DNA of 16,413 nucleotides from a virus (Duplodnaviria; Heunggongvirae; Uroviricota; Caudoviricetes): IMG/VR virus record IMGVR_UViG_3300014970_000032, positions 1 to 16,413 of that record; one strand, 5' to 3'. Shown piece by piece: positions 8,320 to 16,413 of this stretch (position 1 is its first letter; each line of letters starts with the position of its first letter). The notes under the pieces were generated by a model. It saw only the letters and a program-made list of their open reading frames with translations, ran no database searches and was not told where the DNA came from. The position numbers and the translations under genes were made by a program.

Positions 8320-8373
8320 CAGGAAACTCCTTTCAGTCAGAGGCGACGCACTGCGCCGCCTGCATATTACTTA

Positions 8374-8886
8374 TCAGCCAAGCCCAAGCGCGGAACGGAT
8401 GCGATCGGGCACAATGTCCTTGCCGTCCTTCCGGTAAATGAAGTTCAACAGGTCGATTTCCCACAACGGGCGATCGTTAACACTCAGCTTGTAGTAGGTG
8501 TTTTTAATGGCGTAAGTGTGTGATGTGGCTTCGCCCTGTTTGGCTTCCCCCATATCAATTTCCGTCACACGCCCACGCATCTCGATTTCATACAGTTCGC
8601 TTTCTGCATCGGTGTAATATTCACCCGCAAAACGCAGCAGCGTGCCGTCAATCGTGCCGCCATACTTAAGGAACAGTGCACGAACAGCTCCACCCATGAC
8701 AAAGCTCGCATCAAGCGCGGAGTCGTCCAGACCGAGATCAATACTTACCGCCCCCATCATGCCACCACCACGATAACTGTCGGTTTTGCGCGTCAGTTTG
8801 GGCGGCGTGACGGATGTCACTTTACCCACTTCGTTTTCACCATCCACAAACAACGTAAAAAAGCGAAGATGTTTTGGTACAGCCAT
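8374..8886 (-). CDS. Phage major tail tube protein (P2 FII-like)
   Basis: 170-aa ORF of the expected size, starting MAVPKHLRFFTLFVDGENEVGKVTSVTPPKLTRKTDSYRGGGMMGAVSIDLGLDD..., recognised as P2-family tail tube; start overlaps the upstream gene's stop (TGATG). Confidence 0.8.
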   Translation of the reverse strand: MAVPKHLRFFTLFVDGENEVGKVTSVTPPKLTRKTDSYRGGGMMGAVSIDLGLDDSALDASFVMGGAVRALFLKYGGTIDGTLLRFAGEYYTDAESELYEIEMRGRVTEIDMGEAKQGEATSHTYAIKNTYYKLSVNDRPLWEIDLLNFIYRKDGKDIVPDRIRSALGLG

Positions 8887-9191
8887 CAGGCACCTCCCAG
8901 CACCGCAAATGCGGGACCAAAGAATTCATCAGTAAACGTCTGGTAAAGCTCCATGTCTTCCAGCGGGGGAACGGGCGTATATTTGTAGCGAATACGCACA
9001 CGCCCCTGACGTAAATCCGTGGTGCCGTTATCCACCACGTCATACCAGCACTCCGCGCCAATCAGTTTCCCGGCAGTAACCAGCGAATCCAGTTTTGCCC
9101 TGATGGCGCTGATAACATCCTTCACGTTCGCAGGCGTCAGTGGACTGTCGATGGTTTCAAACTGCGCTTCCGCAATTGAATCAGCCAGCAC
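8886..9191 (-). pseudogene. Tail sheath protein (P2 FI-like) C-terminal fragment
   Basis: About 100 codons ending ...RVRIRYKYTPVPPLEDMELYQTFTDEFFG..., directly upstream of and overlapping the tube gene; the track start is a GTG and the N-terminal ~300 aa expected for a sheath protein are absent. Confidence 0.6.
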
Positions 9192-9204
9192 CTGTGCGGT
9201 TCGG

Positions 9205-9627
9205 GTACGCGCCTACTGGCTTGATCTTAATTACGGGAAAAAGAAAAAAGTCAGCGTGAAACGCCGCAAACCGCCAAAACCCCAAAAGGAGAAAAGCAGC
9301 AGTCGGGAAGGCGACTATATGGAAGGTGCGGAAGGCAACGTGTTTGTGTTACGCAAGACTTATCAGAACGAGCAGGCAGCAAGACGCGCAGCGGCGGCAA
9401 AGTGGCAGCAGCTACAACGCGGAGCCGCATCATTCTCCATCACGCTGGCGCGTGGTCGTGCAGAACTCTATCCCGAAATGCATGGCACAGTGACAGGCTT
9501 TAAAAGCGAGATTGATTATCAGGACTGGATTATTGCAAAAGCCGAGCACACCATTGATAACAGCGGCTTTACCACGCAGCTTGAACTTGAAGCAAAAATC
9601 CCGGAATGGATAGCAGAAACAGAATAA
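9205..9627 (+). pseudogene. Tail protein D (P2 gpD / late control D family) C-terminal fragment
   Basis: 3' part of track ORF 9019..9627 reads ...GNVFVLRKTYQNEQAARRAAAAKWQQLQRG...VTGFKSEIDYQDWIIAKAEHTIDNSGFTTQLELEAK, recognised as a gpD-family C-terminus. Lies on the opposite strand to the FI/FII/E fragments; the 5' boundary is approximate. Confidence 0.55.
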
Positions 9628-9875
9628 ATCTCTTAAAAATATTATTTTTGAGATGTGCTTCTACACTGACAGTAAGAACAAAAGATAATGTATCAGCCCA
9701 CTAGATGTCAGAGGTTGGGGCATCAACCAGATGCAAACAATAATACGGATGTTTTTCCCACATGACAGAGGAAGTCAAGTATAATCTTCACAGTCCATCC
9801 CGTCCAAGGGAATATGACTCAATAGTAAAAGTTCCAGTTTAGTTAGTAGACCCACACTTTATAGAAGAGTAATTC

Positions 9876-12800
9876 ATGATTGGACAATTTTTAAGTGCAA
9901 CAGAGATTTTAGCAAAGAACTATGTTCGTAATAAAATGGTTAAAAATCCATTTTATTCGAATTTAAAATGGAATTTTATTGAAAAAAACATCATAAGATT
10001 AACATCCTCACCGGTTAAATCAGTACTTTGCATATCAGCTTTTTCATTTGTACTACTTTATGTTGGATATTTAAACGAATTATTTATAAAAAATAATCTT
10101 TTACATTATTTCCCGTTTAGGCATTCATTAACCGAATGGCAAACAACCATTTTAAGTGGCCAATTGACAATTATTGGTATTGTATACCCCCTTGTTATAG
10201 GTTTAGTAAGTGTCTTATTCCAAAAAAAGGCAGATAGAAAAATAGCCCAAACTGCTTATCAGCGTTACTCAGGATTCATGCTTGCTGGACTCAGCGGGCT
10301 TTTCTTATCAGGATTTATACTTCTCAGTGTACTAATTAAAACTGTCTTTGGAAGTTATCTTTATGGTATAGCTTGTCTAATCAGCATATTATGGCTTTTG
10401 ATAAACATAGTTCTTTCTATTTGGTTCTTTATCGTGAGTCTTGAAATTCTTGATGATGTAAAACGGCAAATAATTATAAAGCGATACATTGCCTTCGAAA
10501 TAGTAATGCCCCATATTTGTAACAAAATCTCAGCCAAGCTTAGGTTATACCCTATCTATCAAAAACATAACTATTCAAATTTAGAAATCAAGCAAGCCGA
10601 TTACAAAGGAGAATACATATCTGTGGCTAGCGGTTATTCTAAGGAAGATGAGTTAAGTTTATATCACCGTCCTTTTCAACTTACTCTTAATCTTATTAAT
10701 TACCAACTAAAAAAGAAGAATCATTTTGCGTCATTTGTCATTGGTGATAATCGTGCAAAAGAAACAGAATCCACGGGTAAGATACTTTTTAGCGTTAAAA
10801 ATATCAAACCAGACAGCTTATTAATAAAAATACTTAAGCAATGTTTTTATAGGGCTCCGATTAAAGGAGGAGATTTTTCCGTAAGTCTTACAATGCAGGC
10901 TATAACAGCAGATACGTATATGTATCTGCGGGATTCTGATCTCATTAGTTTTGACGATGCTATCTCTGCATTAATTAATAACTTTAATAATCTCTGCGAT
11001 TTGTATTTTTTTCAAGATGATAATACCAACAATAACTTCTTACTGATCACTACAGAATTATTTGAACGGAGTTTTCAATATGAGTTTTCAGATGAAGTTT
11101 ATAAAATATCAAATAATTCCATGGATAAAATTAATCTTTCTGAAAGATTTTTTGAATTATGTCTTTGGAGCGGAGTGCGTATTATCAATAATAGAAAACA
11201 TCTTATCAGCAATGAACTTTGTATCTATATGGGAATTACTCGTTCACAATGGTCAATATTAACAGAATGGTTCCGAAACAACCAATCACTCTTAAATGCC
11301 TCGCTTCGTTCACGTTATAATCGTATATTAAGAACCTATACCACTGTTTGGGAGCAATATCAAGAAAGCATAAACTTTCGTTTCTGCAATACAGAGAATT
11401 CAGATTTATTTGAATTATTTTGCAAAACGCAACTACAAGAACTTCCATCGATGATTATTGATGCAACACAGACTCGCGATCCTTCTACTATTGATACAGC
11501 CGTCGATCTTATTAACCGATGGCAGCACTCAATGAATATTGACAGCCATTCGGTAGAAAAATACAGTTACAAAGGCCAGCTTTTTAACCCGGGTTTTTTC
11601 ATATCCAAAAAACTAAACTTCAATTCAGACAGAGAGTGGTTCAATATTGCCATCATAAATGCGTTGACTGACATGCGTATATGCACATGTCTTTATCTGA
11701 CATCAAGAATCAATACTTCTGACAAACTAATGACACATTACATTAAACTTATTTTAGAGGGTAAACTTATTGACCAAACCGGTGGATATGAAACTCCCAC
11801 TGAAGAAATTGATAATGCAAGCCAACTAATCAAGATATTAATTAGAATCTGCCTGTGGACATGGTCTGAAAATATGGAGCACAATGGGTGGATGAATAGT
11901 TTAGCAAGGCGTTTACGTGACTTTGATAAAACAGACATGGTGATGGGCAGAGTTTACAGTAATGTTTTTGACTGTGGATTTATTGATATGGAACAATCAT
12001 GGGTTCAGCTATTATTAATTTTTTCTAACAAGAACGATAGCGTATCAAAAGAAATAAAAGAAGCAATAGAAAACAACTATATAACATATCGTGAGAAGCA
12101 ACGACTCATTGGAGTATTATCAAAAATTTGTAACTCCATCGAATACACTAAAATCAAGCTGACTTTAACATTGGACGATCTCCAAACAAAAAAAGAAAAC
12201 TTAAGAAAGTTGCTTCAAGAGCATATTAACATGCTAAAGAAAGATCTTGATATGAGACTTCAGGATGCTGCCATAGATGTACATCGACTAGATAGCACTG
12301 CACGTAAAACATCAGAACATCTTCGTAAACGCATCAAGAAAACGCTCCCTCTTTCACTTTTCAAATCTATTGATTTTAAGCAGGCTAGCGATTGTTTCAC
12401 AAAACATAAGATATCTATTAAGATAGATAAAGAACCGTATGCCGAAGGAATAGAATCCATCCCTTATATCAATGAAGGTGATATTCAAGCAGACTTAATT
12501 CTCAAGGACATCCAGAGAATAATACTTTCAAATTTATTTAGCACTGGCTGTTCGCAACATACCGTAATAGAAGATTTCAATATGTTGATTGATCACATAA
12601 AATCATCTGCTGACTTGGCTGGCAAACTGGTTCTTGTGATGAGTAAAGAGATCTTTCAGCAATATAATCGTATGCTTTTCGATAATCCCAACCTCAGAGA
12701 ACTAATGAGAAAAAATGATGATGGCTCTATGAACATAACTACTGAATCCGGTACCTGTAAGGTTTACTTCTTACCATTTGTTAATCAACCATTTTCTCTT

Positions 12801-12995
12801 GTGGTAAAGGATAACTACTTCACTAAATTAATTATTAGAGAGTATGATAATAATAAGTTAGTAAATGTCACTTCAGAGAATATCAAAAGTGACTCAGATA
12901 AATTCAAGCTAACTCTTAACTATGAGTTGAATATAGTATTTGAAGGAAACGCTGATTTAAAAATAGCTCACTCGCAAAGAGTGACATCAGAATAA
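9876..12995 (+). CDS. Large membrane-anchored protein of unknown function (1039 aa; 4 predicted N-terminal TM helices)
   Basis: Long uninterrupted AT-rich ORF. Hydrophobic segments at about aa 47-67, 97-116, 133-155 and 162-190, then ~850 aa soluble region with a charged, coiled-coil-like stretch (about aa 760-800). No Walker or other motif recognised. Confidence 0.75.
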   Translation: MIGQFLSATEILAKNYVRNKMVKNPFYSNLKWNFIEKNIIRLTSSPVKSVLCISAFSFVLLYVGYLNELFIKNNLLHYFPFRHSLTEWQTTILSGQLTIIGIVYPLVIGLVSVLFQKKADRKIAQTAYQRYSGFMLAGLSGLFLSGFILLSVLIKTVFGSYLYGIACLISILWLLINIVLSIWFFIVSLEILDDVKRQIIIKRYIAFEIVMPHICNKISAKLRLYPIYQKHNYSNLEIKQADYKGEYISVASGYSKEDELSLYHRPFQLTLNLINYQLKKKNHFASFVIGDNRAKETESTGKILFSVKNIKPDSLLIKILKQCFYRAPIKGGDFSVSLTMQAITADTYMYLRDSDLISFDDAISALINNFNNLCDLYFFQDDNTNNNFLLITTELFERSFQYEFSDEVYKISNNSMDKINLSERFFELCLWSGVRIINNRKHLISNELCIYMGITRSQWSILTEWFRNNQSLLNASLRSRYNRILRTYTTVWEQYQESINFRFCNTENSDLFELFCKTQLQELPSMIIDATQTRDPSTIDTAVDLINRWQHSMNIDSHSVEKYSYKGQLFNPGFFISKKLNFNSDREWFNIAIINALTDMRICTCLYLTSRINTSDKLMTHYIKLILEGKLIDQTGGYETPTEEIDNASQLIKILIRICLWTWSENMEHNGWMNSLARRLRDFDKTDMVMGRVYSNVFDCGFIDMEQSWVQLLLIFSNKNDSVSKEIKEAIENNYITYREKQRLIGVLSKICNSIEYTKIKLTLTLDDLQTKKENLRKLLQEHINMLKKDLDMRLQDAAIDVHRLDSTARKTSEHLRKRIKKTLPLSLFKSIDFKQASDCFTKHKISIKIDKEPYAEGIESIPYINEGDIQADLILKDIQRIILSNLFSTGCSQHTVIEDFNMLIDHIKSSADLAGKLVLVMSKEIFQQYNRMLFDNPNLRELMRKNDDGSMNITTESGTCKVYFLPFVNQPFSLVVKDNYFTKLIIREYDNNKLVNVTSENIKSDSDKFKLTLNYELNIVFEGNADLKIAHSQRVTSE

Positions 12996-13003
12996 TATCT
13001 TTG

Positions 13004-13034
13004 ACGGCGCTCCTTAGAGTGCCGTTCGTTTATT
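13004..13034 (+). terminator. Candidate rho-independent terminator after the 1039-aa gene
   Basis: Stem acggcgct / agtgccgt (8 bp, one G-U) with 6-nt loop, followed by T-rich tcgtttatt. Confidence 0.4.
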
Positions 13035-13130
13035 AACTAATGCTAAAAATCATTATATAGAGAAAGTCATGTTTAAATCTTAGAGAATACAACCTAGAAT
13101 AGTGCAAGCACTACAATAAGAGAGGTCGCT

Positions 13131-13391
13131 ATGTTCCGTTGTCCGCTTTGTGGCGCATCTGCCCGTATCCGCACCAGTCGTCCGGAAAATGATTCAAACA
13201 CCGTGAGACAAAAGTATTATCAGTGTAACAATCTAGAATGCGGCGTATGTTTCTCAACACTGGAAGCCTTCCACAAATTCACTTCAAAGCACGCCTCCCC
13301 CATTCACTCATCAGAGGGCATCCCGTGGCATGAACTGCCAACTTCACACAGAGGAAACAATCAGATGAGTTTGCCCTTACCTCAGAATTAA
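13131..13391 (+). CDS. ogr: Ogr/Delta-family zinc-finger late-gene transcriptional activator
   Basis: 86-aa ORF MFRCPLCGASARIRTSRPEN...YYQCNNLECGVCF with a CxxC...C...C zinc-finger arrangement like P2 Ogr; SD AGAGAGG before the ATG; located at the attR-proximal end as in P2 prophages. Confidence 0.85.
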   Translation: MFRCPLCGASARIRTSRPENDSNTVRQKYYQCNNLECGVCFSTLEAFHKFTSKHASPIHSSEGIPWHELPTSHRGNNQMSLPLPQN

Positions 13392-13581
13392 CGAGCAGAA
13401 TTGCCGGAGTAACAAAAAAGCGATAGATTACGCGCGGGTGCCTTTCGGCTGATGGTCGGAGGGAATACCTGAAGGCCAGATGTGGAAAGGCCCCGGAAAA
13501 CATTTTTGTTTAACCGAGGCCCTAACCGTCTACCCTAAGCAAGTGATAGGTTAGCGCCTCCCCGAAAAAGGAGCAAGCGCT

Positions 13582-13722
13582 ATGTCGCAAAAATCGCTTA
13601 CGGCCATCACGTTCTGCGTGACGGCAATCCTCATCATCTGGATACTGCACGGTTCGCTGTGCGAAATACGGATGAGCTTCTGGGGAGCGGAGTTTGCGGC
13701 GTTCTTACAGTGTAAGCAGTAA
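13582..13722 (+). CDS. hok: Hok/Gef-family small membrane toxin (46 aa; not in supplied ORF track)
   Basis: Translation MSQKSLTAITFCVTAILIIWILHGSLCEIRMSFWGAEFAAFLQCKQ: N-terminal TM helix plus the SLCEIR and E-x-AAF motifs of Hok/Gef toxins. SD AAGGAG 8 nt upstream of the ATG. Confidence 0.75.
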   Translation: MSQKSLTAITFCVTAILIIWILHGSLCEIRMSFWGAEFAAFLQCKQ

Positions 13723-13731
13723 GGAAACCGC

Positions 13732-13753
13732 GACGGGGGAGCAATCCCCCGTC
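13732..13753 (+). other. GC-rich hairpin with GNRA-type loop in the hok 3' UTR
   Basis: gacggggga-gcaa-tcccccgtc, a perfect 9-bp stem, 10 nt after the hok stop; no U-tract, so more likely a structural element of the mRNA than a terminator. Confidence 0.45.
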
Positions 13754-13810
13754 AATCGGTTGCCAGGGTAAGGTCGATAAGGCACCCTATCTCACAGACA
13801 TGAACAACAA

Positions 13811-13843
13811 ACCCGCAGCGTAAAAACTGCGGGGTTTCTTTTT
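13811..13843 (+). terminator. Rho-independent terminator of the hok transcript
   Basis: acccgcag-cgtaaaaa-ctgcgggg stem-loop followed by tttcttttt. Confidence 0.55.
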
Positions 13844-13983
13844 GGTGTCCTCACCGACTTGAAACAGTGATCAGACTATAAGACAAAGCCCACAATGTAG
13901 CGGGCTTACTCCCCTCCCCCCACTAAATGTGGACGCATCGTGGAACGAAGAGATATAAAACATTATAAATCAATTAGTTATTG

Positions 13984-14015
13984 AAAGAAAAAAGGCCGCA
14001 GAGCGGCCTTTTTAG
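13984..14015 (-). terminator. ihfA rho-independent terminator; right copy of the 25-bp direct repeat (putative attR core)
   Basis: On the minus strand, 11 nt after the ihfA stop: aaaaaggccgctctgcggccttttttcttt (GGCCGC-tctg-CGGCC stem plus T-run). The 25-mer at 13984..14008 is identical to 1916..1940. Confidence 0.75.
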
Positions 14016-14025
14016 TTAGATCAGA

Positions 14026-14325
14026 TTACTCGTCTTTGGGCGAAGCGTTTTCGACCCGGCTTTTTAACTTCTGCCCGGGTCTGAAGGTCACCACGCGCCG
14101 TGCTGTAATGGGAATATCCTCGCCCGTTTTCGGGTTACGTCCCGGGCGTTGATTCTTATCACGCAGATCGAAGTTACCAAAACCAGAGAGTTTCACCTGT
14201 TCGCCGTTTTCCAGAGCGCGACGGATCTCTTCGAAAAACAGTTCAACCAGTTCTTTGGCATCCCGCTTGCTAAGCCCAAGCTTATCAAACAGATATTCTG
14301 ACATTTCAGCTTTTGTAAGCGCCAT
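14026..14325 (-). CDS. ihfA: Integration host factor alpha subunit
   Basis: 99-aa [102 protein letters not shown], recognised as IHF-alpha; 4 bp after the pheT stop. Confidence 0.97.
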
Positions 14326-14329
14326 AGGT

Positions 14330-16413
<2,084 letters not shown>

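Larger units (their letters stand above)
1941..13983. mobile_element. P2-like prophage remnant / genomic island inserted between btuC and ihfA
   Basis: Bounded by the 25-bp direct repeats. Contains a P2-type tyrosine integrase, C-like repressor, Ogr-like activator, tail-gene fragments, and AT-rich cargo genes with composition clearly different from the flanking core genes. Confidence 0.75.

Noticed and set aside
8057-9433. Plus- and minus-strand ORFs (8057..8437, 8230..8523, 8837..9061, 9251..9433) overlapping the tail genes
   Set aside because: Antisense or out-of-frame to the tube/sheath/E/D coding frames, which carry recognisable phage protein sequence.
11062-12460. Short ORFs inside or antisense to the 1039-aa gene (11062..11262, 11236..11448, 11738..11938, 12260..12460)
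   Set aside because: Fully contained in the long uninterrupted frame; AT-rich DNA has few stop codons in some frames, so these are expected by chance.
13279-13503. 74-aa minus-strand ORF overlapping ogr
   Set aside because: Antisense to the ogr frame, which has a clear zinc-finger signature and SD.
13440-13581. An overlapping mok-type reading frame for the hok locus
   Set aside because: The only upstream ATG-initiated frame I found (from about 13489) terminates before the hok start, so a canonical mok could not be supported; left as an open question in the hok finding.

Overview
This window looks like an enterobacterial (E. coli-like) core segment, btuD'-btuE-btuC on the left and ihfA-pheT' on the right (all minus strand), split by a ~12 kb insertion at 1941..13983. 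The insertion sits in the ihfA terminator hairpin and is flanked by a 25-bp direct repeat (1916..1940 and 13984..14008). It reads as a decayed, rearranged P2-like prophage remnant: integrase, C-type repressor with palindromic operators, tail-gene fragments (T', E/E' with an intact -1 frameshift site, FII, FI', D') and an Ogr-like zinc-finger activator. It carries three cargo loci that stand out. (1) An AT-rich two-gene operon: a Dam-like (D12-class) N6-adenine DNA methyltransferase followed by a 565-aa ABC-type ATPase with a possible C-terminal TOPRIM-like nuclease domain (OLD-like). (2) An AT-rich 1039-aa protein with four N-terminal transmembrane helices and no motif I recognise. (3) A 46-aa Hok/Gef-family toxin gene absent from the ORF track. 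The two AT-rich cargo loci are the best candidates for an undescribed anti-phage or R-M-like system. All family assignments rest on motifs read by eye and recalled homology; no database search or computation was run, and GC content was judged by eye.
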